Origin: Azolla caroliniana
Taxonomy: Eukaryota; Plantae; Polypodiophyta
NCBI GenBank assembly: GCA_043228905.1
Contig: JBHGNT010000020.1
Coordinates: 3,844,001-3,908,000, forward strand
DNA length: 64,000 nt
Direction of reading: 5' to 3'
Below, piece after piece: positions 39,440 to 52,338 of this stretch. The notes under the pieces were generated by a model. The model searched no databases, was not told the origin of the DNA, and saw nothing but the letters and a program-made list of their open reading frames with translations. The translations under genes were made by a program, and so were the position numbers. How positions within the stretch are numbered: position 1 is the first letter of the stretch; every line of letters begins with the position of its first letter.

Positions 39440-41537
39440 TATCCGCCCTTCTTGTGGTTATCCCGGGCACTAGTCTCACCGGCCTCGTTCTGTTTTGGCC
39501 CGAACCGGGTTTCGTATCTCTGTGAGGGTCCGGCCCCTCCGGTTTTACCTACACGTTTGTCTTCAACCAGAGCCTCGTAGTTCTGGCAAGCTGCTTCGAC
39601 GAAACCCGTCTTTTCTTCGATCGGGTCAGTCCACCTGGTTACCTCCTGGACCCGCTTCTCCGCACGGTCCGCCTCGTCTTTCCTTAGTCGGGCACCGGCG
39701 AGGCCTTCCAGCATTGTCGGAAAAAACCTGACTTTGCTCTCCTTCCGGGCCTCGCTGCCTCCGACCCGAATACCGGCTGATGCCGAGTAGTGGACAGTCT
39801 CCGCGTGCCAGGCCGCCGCCTCTTCCATCAGCCTTTTCATTCCTCCTCGCCCGTCGTTTCGGTTCAGGGCCCTCCGGGTATCGCTGGCGTGCACCTGACC
39901 TTCCCACAGGTACACTACCCGGCTTCTCAAGGCCTCCGCAAAGTCCCTGCAGTCTTTCCGGATGTGGCCGACCTCGTCGCACCACATGCACCTATTTCCT
40001 GCCGGAGGCCGTCGGTCACGAGCCTGTTCGCCGCCTTCCCTCCGAGCCTGGGCGATCTGGAGATCCTTTACCGCCCGTGTCAACTCCTCCAAAGTTGTTC
40101 CCCCGGACGAGCCTCTGACCACGCTGATCGAAGCCGAACCGGTTTCGAGCCACTCCCGGGTCTCTTCCCTTTGCGCATGTGGTATCGGTTCGAGCTTCCT
40201 TGCTGCGACCGGTCGCCCCTATATCAGCCCACTCCCACCGTTTGTCAAAACGGCCGCAGACTCTTTTTACCGCGGCCCAGTCGGCCGTCAACCCGTCTTC
40301 GGTTTCCAGTAAGGAGCCCACTTGCTCCCGATCCCGTGCGTCAACCTATTTGACAAACAGTAGGACACGACTTGTGTCCAGAACGGTCTGATCGAGCGCC
40401 GAAAGGCGTGCAAAACATTCCTCAAACTCCCGGAGGAGTATCGACGCATTTCTTCCTTTGTTGGGGGACTCCACCCACTCCATGAAACCCCGCTTCGAAA
40501 GCCGAAGCGCGTCATCCAGTTCGTATTTCTCCAGGAGCCGTACTTCGAACTCCTCCCAGGTCCGGCTCTCCGCCCAGACCTCGAGCACCTCCGCATGGAT
40601 GCCCGGCATCGCCACTTGAGGGAATCCGGCAAGACGCCTCTCTTCCGGAATATCCCTCATCAACATCTCCGCCCGGTAGGACGCCAAATAACTCGTGGCA
40701 TCCTTTCCACTGAACCGGCCGATCGTACCGACGATCGCCTCAATAGCCCTGTCAAGGGTGCCGGCACCCTCGCACGCGCTCACTATCTGGTCCACGGCCG
40801 AAGCCATGGCCTCTACAAGATCCGACCCCCTCATCTTCTGCTCCTCTGCCGCCTTGTTCACGTCGGGTTCACCAAAGATGTCGCGTTACTACGCGCGTGC
40901 ATGGAGAACGAGGCGGGACCACCGGGGTCTTGAACCAAAGAGCAGGTGATAGAAGGGGAAAGAGAAAGAGAGAGACGCTCGGTTACATATGAGCAAAGAA
41001 ACTCAGGGACACGGCCCTGTCAACGCAGAAGACACGAATGGACACAGAGACAGAGAGACACGAATGTTTGTATATTAATGAATGACAAATAAACAACAGA
41101 GCACGCAAGCGGTTACAACCGGATAGGCCGGCGAACAGATGTCGATGCCTGGTCGTCTGCGCACGAAAGGGGATAGGATGGAGGTGTTGCCGGAAGCACA
41201 CGGGCGTTCCTCGAAGCAACGTGAGCCTCCCGAAAACCTGCAAAGAAGAGCGATGGAGAACGAACAGAGGAGAAGAGTTCGGGTTCGGTCCGACAACACT
41301 TCATCCTCCTCAATAAAATAAAAAAATTTCCTTATTCTCCCCGCTTCTCCCTCTCTTTTATAGCTTCAAGAAGGGAGCCGTTTCCTTCATTAACTTCCTA
41401 CCTACCGAATCTAACTACCTAGGATATACCTTTGTACCTAATTCTCTATTATATACATTAAAGGGCGCGCACGTGTGAAGAGCCGGTTCACGCGCGCTAT
41501 GCACCGATTACGCTAAGGGACGGTTTTCTTCACGACA
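39440..41537 (-). mobile_element. Truncated Trp-primed Gypsy: 5' LTR 40879-41537, PBS 40857-40874, gag
   Basis: TGTCGCG...TTCTTCACGACA; gag with CMWCDEVGHIRKDC, closely related to the copy at 4110-6742. Confidence 0.88.
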
Positions 41538-42780
41538 ACGTGGTTAAATGGATACTCCGGTATTTGAAGGGCACTTCAAATATGTCTCTCCGATTCGGCT
41601 CCGGAAAACCTCAAGTGGACGGTTTCACCGATTCGGACATGTCAGCTGATGTGGATACCAGCCGGTCTACATCCGGGTATGTAATGACATATGCAGGGGG
41701 AGCTGTTTCGTGGCAGTCGAGGCTGCAGAAGACGGTTGCGTTGTCAACCACAGAGGCGGAGTACATGGCAGTTGTGGAAGCTGGCAAGGAAATCTTATGG
41801 ATGAAGGACTTCATCGGAGAGCTCGGTATTCGGCAAGATGAATACCGGCTCTATTGCGACAGTCAAAGTGTCATCCATCTTGCTAAGAATGCGGCCTACC
41901 ATTCCCGGACGAAGCATATCCAGCGAAGGTATCACTGGATCCGGGAAAGAGTAGATGACCAGGAGTTCGTACTGTCGAAGATCCACACGGCCGAGAACGG
42001 GTCAGATATGCTGACCAAAGTTCTGATACCGGACAAGCTGGATGCATGCCGGAAGCGGATCAGACTGGTAAGACACCCCATGCCGGAGTGAAGGGGTAGT
42101 TTGTTGGGAGAAAGGTCCCTCCGGATGGGAAGATGGAAGAACAGTGCCGGATGAGGAGTACCCGGCTACGGAGAGCCGGATGATACAGACCCAGTGAAGA
42201 CCGGATGAGGAGTACCCGGCTACGGAGAACCGGATGGTGCAGACCCGGTATGAACCGGATGAGGAGTACCCGGCTTCGGAGAGCCGGATGACGCAGACCC
42301 GGTGAGATCCGGATGAAGAGACATATTCGTAAATATGTTTCTGAGAGTCCATCGAGGCTATATTTGTAAATAGCCGTAAAGTCATATTAGTATAAATATG
42401 ACTTAGGGCAAACTTTTAGTTGTGGTTATTATTTTCTTGTCTGCGTGAGATCAGAGTGTGTAACAATGTACAGAAAGAGAGAGAGAGAGAGAAAGAGGTC
42501 GTTGCCTCTGTTGTAACCGCCGCCTGTGGCGAAGATCGTGAGCACGAGGTCGTTGCCTCCATGAACTCACTGTTGTACATACTAACCTAGTGATAGTTTG
42601 CAGCTTGTGGGCTGCCGTGGTTTTTCCCTAGTTTGGGGTTTTCCACGTTAAACATCCTGCATACTTTTCTCCCCTTTTGTATCACGTGTTTTCCGTTTTC
42701 TGTTTTCTGTGTATGATTCTAAGCTCGGTTGTGGCCGAGCGTTGTGCATAAGGAGCGTTGAGTTCCCGACACTCTGCACG
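41538..42780 (+). mobile_element. Copia 3' end (RNase H 41540-42091, PPT, LTR from 42102), relative of the intact element at 58313
   Basis: VKWILRYLKG..DSDMSAD..TTEAEY..RTKHIQRRYH; AGGGGTAGTT|TGTTGGG; LTR with ~50-bp CCGG-rich repeats; right LTR end uncertain. Confidence 0.85.
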
Positions 42781-42881
42781 CGCATACAAAAGTGTGTAAA
42801 CCGGTTGTGGCCGTCTTTGATCCTATAAAAGATGACCACCCTTTGGCTCCTTCTCGAGGTCATGGTGACAGAAGTCGTAGA

Positions 42882-43140
42882 TGTTACCAGACGAAATGTA
42901 CGGGATATTTATAAGTGTGATGAGTGAGGGTGAAAGGCTTAATGTTGTTGTTGTGTAAGTGTAATTATGAGTGTGAGTAGTTGCATATGTGAACACATGC
43001 ACACGTGTGTGCATGTGGACAGATAAGAAGAGGTGTGAGTGAGTGATTAGTGTGAAAGGTCAAGGAGGCTTGCAGCCCTATGTATCTACCCCCTCTTGTA
43101 ACTATTTAACCCCCTTATGGGGAATGAATGAAACAATGAA

Positions 43141-43190
<50 letters not shown>

Positions 43191-43422
43191 CACCTCTCTT
43201 TCTCTTTCTCTTCCCTTACTTTGAACCCACTTGGGAGGGGGTGGAGCCATTCTAGGCACCCCCCCCACCCCACAATGATTCGAAAGGCCATCGTCATCGC
43301 CATCGCCATCAATCCCACAAATTATGCTTATTATATCTCTATCATAACCCTCTTCTACCATTGTCGTTCATCCTTAATCATCAACGTCAATATCATTAAC
43401 CCTAACCCTAAAACCTACAACA
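42882..43422. mobile_element. Solo LTR, near-perfect TSD GTAGA/CTAGA
   Basis: TGTTACC...CTACAACA; the uninterrupted paralogue near 44140-44200 reads ..aatcctagagcttgaac... Confidence 0.8.
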
Positions 43423-44413
43423 CTAGAGCTTGAACAACTTGACATCAAGATGACCTTCCCACACGTAGGTCTGAACAAAGACATTTATATGTCTCAACCG
43501 GTAGGCTTCATGGCAACGGGGGAGCAAGGTCACCTCATCTGCAAGTTGAAGAAGAGCCTATATGGCATCAAGCAACCGCCAAGAATGTGGTATCAGAAGT
43601 TTGATACCCACATACAACAACTCAGCTACAACTGGTCGGACCCCGACCCCATGTTTGTACACCCAACAATTAGTTGACGAGTCTCGAATCTACCTAATTG
43701 TATACGTCGATGATATGCTTATCATTGGTACCGATAAAGTAGAAATCAGAAACCTAAAGTGGAGTCATTAATGAAAGAACTCGAAGAAGGCCGACACATT
43801 CTAGGCATGTGGATAGAACGAAATTGGACAAAGAAGATCCTCCAACTCTCCCAATCCAATTACATCCGAAAGGTGGTGAGGCGCTTCAATATGGATGACG
43901 TGAAACGAACACCAACACCGCTTATGACGTCATATCGACTATCGGATAGAGACTCTCCATCCACAAAAGAGGATAGAAAGCTCATGATCGGAAGCCGCTA
44001 CCGTGCAAATAGGTCTACCGATACAAGTATTTATCTGGTTTGGAATGACCCAAGTACAAAGCTCGGCTCGTCGCCAAAGGTTTCAAATAGGAAAATGGGG
44101 TCGACTACGACGAGATCTTCTCGCCAGTAGTCAAGTCGACCACCCTTTGGCTCCTTCTTGAGGTCATGGTGACGGAAATCCTAGAGCTTGAACAACTTCA
44201 CGTCAAGATGACCTTCTTACATAAAGATCTGGATGAAGACATTAATATGTCTCAAACGGCAAGCTTCACAACAACGGGGAGCAAGGTCACCTCATCTGCA
44301 AGCTGAAGAAGAGCCTATACGGCCTCGAGAAAGCGTCGTGAATGTGGTATCAAATGTTCGACACCTACATCCGGTAGCTTGGCAACAGCCGGTCGGACTT
44401 GAACCCATGTATG

Positions 44414-44743
44414 TGTTGTTGGGGAGGGGGGTGAAGCCATTCTTCCAAGGGGGTTACGATAGTGAGAGAGCTAGAGAGAAAGAAAAATTGAAAGTGACAC
44501 AAAATGAGAGGGGGAAAATGTATATTCCATTACATGCCCCATTAGGGGTTTATATAGTATATAGTGTAACGGTTAATAATATGACCGTTACAAAAAGAAG
44601 ACCGTTACATTCTTGTCACATGCACATAATTGTGCATGTGCTCACACATACTCAACCTCACATACTCATTTACTTTACACATACACATCAACCATATCAT
44701 TACACATACCCTTATGCCTCCCCGTATATACTTACGGGTAACA
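44414..44743. mobile_element. Solo LTR with TSD GTATG
   Basis: gtatg|TGTTG...GGGTAACA|gtatg. Confidence 0.88.
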
Positions 44744-45134
44744 GTATGTACACCCCATAATTAGCTGACAAGTCTCGAATATGCTTGATCCTATATGTCG
44801 ATGATATGCTTATCGCCGACAACGATAAAGCAGAAATCAAAAAGCTAAATCAGACACTTCATGAGAAATTCTCAATGAAATAACTCGGAGAAGCCCCACA
44901 CATTCTAGGCATGGGGATAGAGTGAAATCGAACAAAGAAGATCCTCTAGCTCTCCGAATCTAATTACATCCAAAAGGTGGTGAGGCGCTTCAATATGGAG
45001 GACGAGAAGCTAGCACCGACATTGCTTCCGACGTCCCATCGACTATCGGACAAAGACTTTGCATCCACAGAAGAGGAGATTAAGCTCATGAGCCGAATAC
45101 CCTACGCATCGGTCGTAGGTAGTCTCATACCCTA

Positions 45135-45917
45135 GGCCAAGAGGCCAAAAGTAGGATGCCCAAGTCATTAACATAAAGTAGGAATCTGCTTACCGGTCAG
45201 ATATATCGAGCATGTTGAGGTGTTGGATATCAAGCATACTTGAAAAATGTCACAACTTGTCTAGGCCTAGAGGTTTGGTGAAGATGTCGGCAACCTACTG
45301 ATCCATCAGAATATACACAAGTTCAACTTCATTGGAGAGAACTGGCTCGCAGACAAAGTGATAGTGCACCTCAATGTGCTTCGTGCGAGTGTGGAAGGGG
45401 TTCTTCGTTAGTTAGATGTTGCTGAGCTTGTCACAGTATATGATTGTTGGCTCGGACACATCTACCTATAGATCCCTTAGTAGCCTCTTGAGCCATATGG
45501 CTTCGCAAGTCATGACAACTGTTACCCGTAGGAGTGTGAAGGGCGGTATAAGGTAGAACACGATAAAGTAGTTGTTGTGTATGTGTTATGTATATGAGTG
45601 TGAGTGAGGATGAGTATGTGAATGAGCCATTGCTACGATCAATGAAGAACTCCTGCTCATTTGTGAATAGACGAGTGCAAATCTTGCAAGTGAAGATTGC
45701 ACGTGGGTGATCGACTCTGGCGCATCCTTCCATATTACTTCGTCGAGAGAGTATTTCTCGACTTACATAGTCGGGGATCATGGCTATGTAAAGATGGGTG
45801 ATAGTGGAGAGTGCAAGATAACCAGAGTCGGAAGTGTATGCTTAACAACGTCCACAGGGTGTCGACTGACGTTGAAGGATGTTCGACGCGTCCCTGATAT
45901 CAGATTGAATCTGATAT
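45135..45917. pseudogene. Mosaic of fragments: minus-strand Copia RNase H (~45200-45519), LTR start (45520-~45630), plus-strand Copia protease region (~45635-45917)
   Basis: RTKHIEVHY on minus; TGTTACCCGTA resembles the LTR end at 44743; WVIDSGASFH..VPDIRLNLI on plus. Confidence 0.75.
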
Positions 45918-48182
45918 TGTTGAGCGGCAAGCTCAACCGGAGCCGGATCGGCTGAATAAGCCGGAGCCGGTAAGCGAGATGGATCGGGCGAAACGGATCG
46001 GTATGACGGTGAGCAACCAAACCGGCAGGTAGTGGAGGCCGGCTGCAATCCGTAACCGGCAGTCCAATCAGAAGCCTAGTATAGGATAGACTACTAGGTA
46101 GCTATAGTCTCGTAGTAAGTGTCAGATGCTCGTGTGAGCATTGGAGTACATGGTACTTCTGTCAGTCCCAAGAGGACTTGTATAAATAGTGCTACTTAGC
46201 ACAGTGTGTATACAGACAGAGTCTTGATATAATTTTGAAATTACGTTCTGCTCTCTCTCTCTCTGTTGTTCTCTATTTTACGCTTCCGCAAACACTCACC
46301 TTGACATGGTATCAGAGCGCGAGGGTTGAGAATCTCTGCTGCAGACATTTACTCTTGAGAAGAAAACCCTAACAGGTCGAAAACAGACACAGTATAAGAC
46401 ATGGATAGAGGCATGGCTACGTCGCTCCCGGTGGAGAAGCTCGACAGGAGCAACTACGCATCCTGGTCTTACAACATGCACCAGTACCTGCTTGGACACG
46501 GGTACTGGAGTTATGTCAAAGGAGCGAATGATGCGGCGCTAGACTCGGCACACAAGGACTTCCCGGTATGGGAACAGGCGGCAAGGAGGGTGATGTACTG
46601 CTTCGCGTCCAGTGTCGGCGATCACCTGCTCAGCCACATCCGTGATGCCAAGACACCGAAGGATGCTTGGGGGAACCTGAAAAAGGTTTTCGCTGCAAGC
46701 ACCACTGCCCGGAAGCTGCAACTCAGACAGGAGTTGAGCAATGTTCGACAGAAGAACATGTCCGTGGCAGACTACACGGGCCGGATAAAGGAGATCTGCG
46801 ACTCGTTCGCCTCTATCAATGTTACCGTAGAGGAAGACGAGATGGTGCAGGTATGTCTCGGAGGCCTGGCGTCCAAGTTCGGAGCGTTCCGGACTGCGGT
46901 GTGTACAAGGGAGAATACCCCCTCATTCTTCGACTTACAGTCGATGCTCCTTGTAGAGGAGAACCACGCCGGTGCATCTACCACTGCATCCCCGGACAGC
47001 CGAATGTTGTACACGGGAACGGATCGGTTCCGTGGGTGTGGTGGAAGAGGTGGGTCGGCACACAATGGAGGTGGCCAGCAAGAGCAGGAACGGAGGCACT
47101 ATGAGCATGCCGACAGCAGTTCCGGGACTTCCACAAGCAGGGGGAGTCAAGGCGGTGTCAGAGGCCGGCAAGACAAATCCGCTACGGAATGCTGGTACTG
47201 TGGCAAAAAAGGCCACAGGGAAAGTGAGTGCTAGAGAAAGCGTGCCGATTCGGACAAATCCGGATCCGGCAAGACCGGTAAGGATGGCCGGCAAAACTCG
47301 CACTACGCAAACGGATCAGGAGGATCCGGAACCGGAAAGGCCGGTAAGGGGCCAACCTTGGTGATGAATCACAAGGCAAACTCAATGAAGAAGACCACTT
47401 CCAAAACGGAGGAAGTGTGGTATGTTGATTCCGGCGCGTCGAACCACATGAAGAGCCACAAAGAGTGGTTCTCCTTTCTGGAGAAACCGGATCAACCAGG
47501 AGTAGTCGAAACCAGAGACGACACTCCTCACCCAATCGTGCACGTCGGAGAAGTCCCTCTAAGCCACGTCAGACAGAAAGGGAAGCTAATGAACGTATTA
47601 CACGTTCCGACAATCACGAAGAACCTGGTGTCCGTCGGTCAGATTGTCGACCAGGGGATGCAGGTGCGGTTTACGCACCTCGGGTGCTTCATTGAGGATG
47701 AGGGCGAAGTCATTGCGCAAGGGCGCAGAGACGAGAGGATGTTTATCCTTGACACCAATGACTTTGGCACCGCTCTGTTCGCGAAACGACAGAAGGTCGA
47801 GTCCGACATCGACCTGTGGCACAAGCGGATAGGCCACGTCAACTACCGGAGGCTTCAAGACCTGCAAACGAAACAAGTCGTTTTCGGTTTGCCGAAGTTC
47901 AGCGGCCGGAGAGCCGAAATCTGTGAAGCCTGTCAACTTGGGAAGCAACACCGGCTTCCATTCCCCACCGAAAGGAACCGGAGCCATAACAAGATCGATC
48001 TCATCCGTTCGGATGTGTGGGGACCGGCACAAAGTATAAGTCTTGGCGGGAGCCGATACCTCGTCTCCTTCATCGACGACTGTACTCGACATACTTGGAT
48101 CTACCTCATTGAGCGGAAGAGCGAAGTCTTCGACTGTTTCCGAAGCCTCCAGAAAATGGTGGAACGGGAATCGGAGAGGAAG
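45918..48182 (+). mobile_element. 5' half of a Copia related to 23223-28894: LTR 45918-46306, iMet PBS 46307-46318, gag-protease-integrase start; interrupted in integrase
   Basis: MDRGMATSLP gag, CWYCGKKGHRESEC then premature TAG, VDSGASNH; homology to VEMETGRK|IKCLR stops at VERESERK (48182). Confidence 0.93.
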
Positions 48183-48433
48183 GGGTAAAAGCATGCGAGT
48201 GGAAACACTATTATAGCTAATTAGCTACTAAAATGGCCATAGCTAATTAGCTATTTGTTTAGCTAGTCTTTTTTGTGGGAAAATCAAATATTTGAAAAAC
48301 TAATTTATGAAAAAACTCAAATATTTGAACTTCTGTTTCAGACGTAGTGGAACTTGGGGAATATCACCATCATCTAAGGTCGACTTCAATGTCATCAATT
48401 TCCTGTTTAGCCTAAGTCTGATTTTGAACGCAG

Positions 48434-51400
48434 ATGGAGTACTCAGAGCACGAACGCAGACGTAGCTCCCGCAACAGCAAAAAATCGACATTGCAGATTG
48501 AGAGCTACAACACAGAACCCGCTCGATCATCGTCCAGGTATGTTTCAGTTACAGAAACCCCAAACATTTGTTTTTTCTTTTTGACTACTGTCTGAACTTT
48601 GGTGCCGATTCATATTTCCCCAAAATCGAATAGGGCGAAGTCCTTGGAGTCCCATACAAGGATGTCTCGCAAATCAGGGAGTAGCAATAGGTGTGTTTAT
48701 ATTACTTTTTTTGTGTTTAATCCTGTCTTTAGTGATGATTGGGGTTTCTGATTGAAATTTCTGATTAGGGTTTTTGTTTATAAATTTCTTATTAGAATTT
48801 CTGATTAGGGTTTGTGATTGAAATTTCTGATTAGGGTTTGTGATTGAAATTTCTGATTAGGGTTTTTGATTATAAATTTCTGATTAGAATTTCTGAATAG
48901 GGTTTCTGGTTACAAATTTTGATTACAAATTAGAATTTCTGATTAGGGTTTTTGTTTATAAATTTCTGCTTAGGATTTCTGATTAGGGTTTGTGATTGAA
49001 ATTTTTTATTAGGGTTTCTGATTGAAATTTCTGATTAGGGTTTTTGATTATAAATTTCTGATTAGAATTTCTGAATAAGGTTTCTGGTTACAAACTTCTG
49101 ATTACAGATTTTGATTAGGGTTTCTGATTTCAAACTTCTGATTACAGATTTTGATTAGGGTTTCTGATTTCAAATTTCTGAATACAAATTATGATTAGGG
49201 TTTCTGATTTGCTAAGTTAAAGATTTTGCACCATTTTTGTTGTTGTTGATTGGGGTTTTTGATTCTCACATATTCTGATTTTGCACTATTTCTGATTTCT
49301 GAAATGATATTTCAGATGGCTCGTTCCTCCGTATACGAGAGTGCTAAACTTCGCAAAATTTTGCGAGACAATGGAGGACTTCCACAACACCTATGGTCTG
49401 TCACTCGAGGGTGTTGACCCTGCTGTCCTAAGTGATAAATTGATCAATGATATAGACTGGATGACAGTATATACAGTGCCTAGAGTCAAAGGCAAGGTCA
49501 AGCTGAAGCATGTACGAGCCGACTTGTACGATGACTGCATGAGACTGCACCAGAAAGTTCATCAGGAGATCCCAGTCAACAATGAGTTGTCAGTTTCATT
49601 TGCTAGAGCATTTGCATATGAGTACTGCAAAACAGCGAAGGAATCGAGAGACCCCGAAATGTATAGGGTAGCTTGGGCAGTCTATGGTGAGGCATCGGTA
49701 AAAAGATGCCGAAAGATGGGGACCTTGGCACAAAAAATAGACAGATTTTGGAGCATGGCAGCTGTTGATGCAACTGCCGACTCCCAGCAAGACCGGGGGC
49801 ATACACCACACCGACACCCAAGGAAAGCCAATGTCAATGATACAGGTGAGACATTGGTTAGCTATATGCTAAAAAATGTCCATGAAGCCTGTGAGACATT
49901 GGCATTTTTTAAGACTGATTTAGAGAAAGCCACAATGGCTTCTGCAATGGAGAGCAAAGTTACTTCTGCTGTTACAACAATTAGAAATAAGATTCAGGTA
50001 ACTATTGTTTTGCTGGTATGTGATTGTGTTATAAATAACGGGTAAAATGTGCTAATCAAGCATTATCTGGAATAGGTTGCGCAACAGGAGCTTGAATTAG
50101 AGGGGCCACTGGATCCCCAACGTAAAATAGAACTGCAAATAGAGATCCAGGTTCTTTCAATGAACCTGGACCTTCTAGGTGTAAATACTGTTGCAGATTA
50201 CAATTTGGATAAGCTTCAAGTAAGTTAACGATTCCTGAGCAAAGTTGGTGTATCTTTCAACAACAAGAATAATTAATCGGTAAATTTCTCTGTTGCGTTG
50301 AAGGAACAATACATTCATCAAGAACAGGTAGTTAGCTGCCTTAAGAAGAAGCTACATTTTGTGGAGGGAATGGTAAGGACCAGACAGGATTTGGACCTGA
50401 ACATTCTTGCTCCCTTACCAAATGAAGTAGAACCAGAAAATGATTTATTGACAGTTCAAGCACGTTGCATCGCTTGCGGGTTAGGTGTGGAGGACAAAAT
50501 TGCGTCTTTGTTGGTTCACCTACAACCATGCAACCACACATACCATCTGCTTTGTTTTCAACATGCCTGTCGAATTGCTGCATTCTATTTGGGAGATTGC
50601 AGTACAACTCTACCAAATGAGTGGAGAAAACTAACAGGTATACCATACTGTAGCTAATAAGCTTAGTCTTTTCTAATTAGCTATCCTACTAGCTAATTAG
50701 CTACTGGCAGCTAATGAGCTACTAGCTAATTAGCTATCCTAGTAGCTAATTAGCTATGGTACTAGCTAATTAGCTAGTACCATAGTTGTGTAAAAAAGCT
50801 AAATAGCTATCCTACTAGCTAATTAGCCACTGGCAACTAATTAGCTATCCTAGTAACTAATTAGCTACTGCCATAGTTGTGTAAAGTAGCTAATAAGCTA
50901 TCCTAGTAGCTAATTAGCTATGGTACTAGCTAATTAGCTAGTACCATAGTTGTGTAAAAAAGCTAATTAGCTATCCTACTAGCTAATTAGCTACTGGCAA
51001 CTAATTAGCTACTATGATAGCTAATTAGCTATCCTAGTAGCTAATTAGCTACTAGCAACTAATTAGCTATCCTACTAGCTAATTAGCTATCATAGTAGCT
51101 AATTAGCTACTGACATAGTTGTGTAAAGTAGCTAATAAGCTATCCTAGTAGCTAATTAGCTACTGGCAGCTAATTAGCTATCCTAGTAGCTAATTAGCTA
51201 CTGGCAGCTAATTAGTTGTCCTAGTAGCTAATAAGCTATCCTAGCTACTACATAGTTGAGAAAGTAGCTAATTAGCTATCCTAGCTAGCACCATAGTTAG
51301 TAAAGTAGCTAATTAGCTATCCTAGCTACTACCATAGTTAGTAAAGTAGCTAATTAGCTATCCTAGCTACTACCATAGTTGAGTAAAGTAGCTAATTAGC

Positions 51401-52089
51401 TATCCTAGCTACTACCATAGTTGAGTAAAGTAGCTAATTAGCTACCATAGTAGCTAATTAGCTATCGTACTAGCTAATTAGCTATCCTAGCTTCTACCAT
51501 AGTTTAGTAAAGTAGCTAATTAGCTATCCTAAATAACTGTCATGTTATTGTAGAATCTTGTGGATTAAGGACGGCACATGATGTGTCTGGTGCTGATGAT
51601 GCTGCAACAGATGAGGATACTACTGCCAATGTGGCTGAAAGTAAGAGTCCTGCTATCACATCTCCTTCAGATCAGCTGCACCCTATTCTTTTGGAACAGT
51701 GTACTGAATTAGGCAACGATGTGAAATGCCATGAAATAGTGGAAACAACATGTAAAACTGAGGTTCACAACAACAGTGTTTATGAACACTTGATGCAACA
51801 TTTCTTCGAGTCTCAAGACCTTGATTCCACCCCACCGAGCCCAACTACTGAAAATGTCCAAACAGATCCCTTTGTACTTGAAAAGCTAGTTCAAGAAACG
51901 GCTGATGTGCAATTAGCTGTTGAGGCGATGGGAAGGTTGTCGGAGGAGGACACACTTGCGCATTGGGTCCTAGAAGCAAGGCTAAATGGGGAACCAACCA
52001 GAAAAAGGCTGAAGAAGGGGCCACGATCGGGAACAAGACCAGTTACTCGGTCAAGGGGCCCAGACGTAGTGGAGCGAAATACTGTTTAG
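48434..52089 (+). CDS. Accessory gene isoform A (599 aa): exons 48434-48537, 49316-49997, 50076-50219, 50304-50637, 51554-52089; coiled-coil + RING-H2-like + acidic tail with basic NLS-like patch
   Basis: Four GT-AG introns with matching phases, 1800 nt, no internal stop; CIAC-x15-CNHTYHLLC...YLGDC; RKRLKK near the end. Confidence 0.72.
48740..49260. repeat. Intronic degenerate tandem repeat (~26-40 bp units) with about 11 telo-boxes
   Basis: Units such as tttctgattagggtttctgattgaaa; TTAGGGTTT is the reverse complement of AAACCCTAA. Confidence 0.85.
50650..51530. repeat. Intronic array of the palindrome TAGCTAATTAGCTA
   Basis: Roughly 35 copies by eye inside intron 50638-51553. Confidence 0.95.
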
Positions 52090-52338
52090 TTGGATATGAT
52101 TGTTAGCTTAGGGATTTTGCTAGGGTTTTATGAAGTTTTACTATCCTGTTGGACAAGTAAAACCTCAGATTGGTTGTTGCTTGATCCACATTATGTAATG
52201 GAACTCTATGATGTTTTTCCAAGATAATTTGAAGAGTGTTGTTCTATGACTGAAACTCTTTGATGTTCAGGATATTGTTTTGTGAGACTATTAGTTACTT
52301 TGTGAGTGTGAATATGTTGGTGTTTTCTGATGTTGCAG

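Larger units (their letters stand above)
42834..45130 (+). pseudogene. Two tandem decayed copies of a Copia RT segment
   Basis: 42834-43990 and ~44040-45130 repeat the same LEQLD.K..F, KLKKSLYG, YVDDMLI, ILGM segments. Confidence 0.8.
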
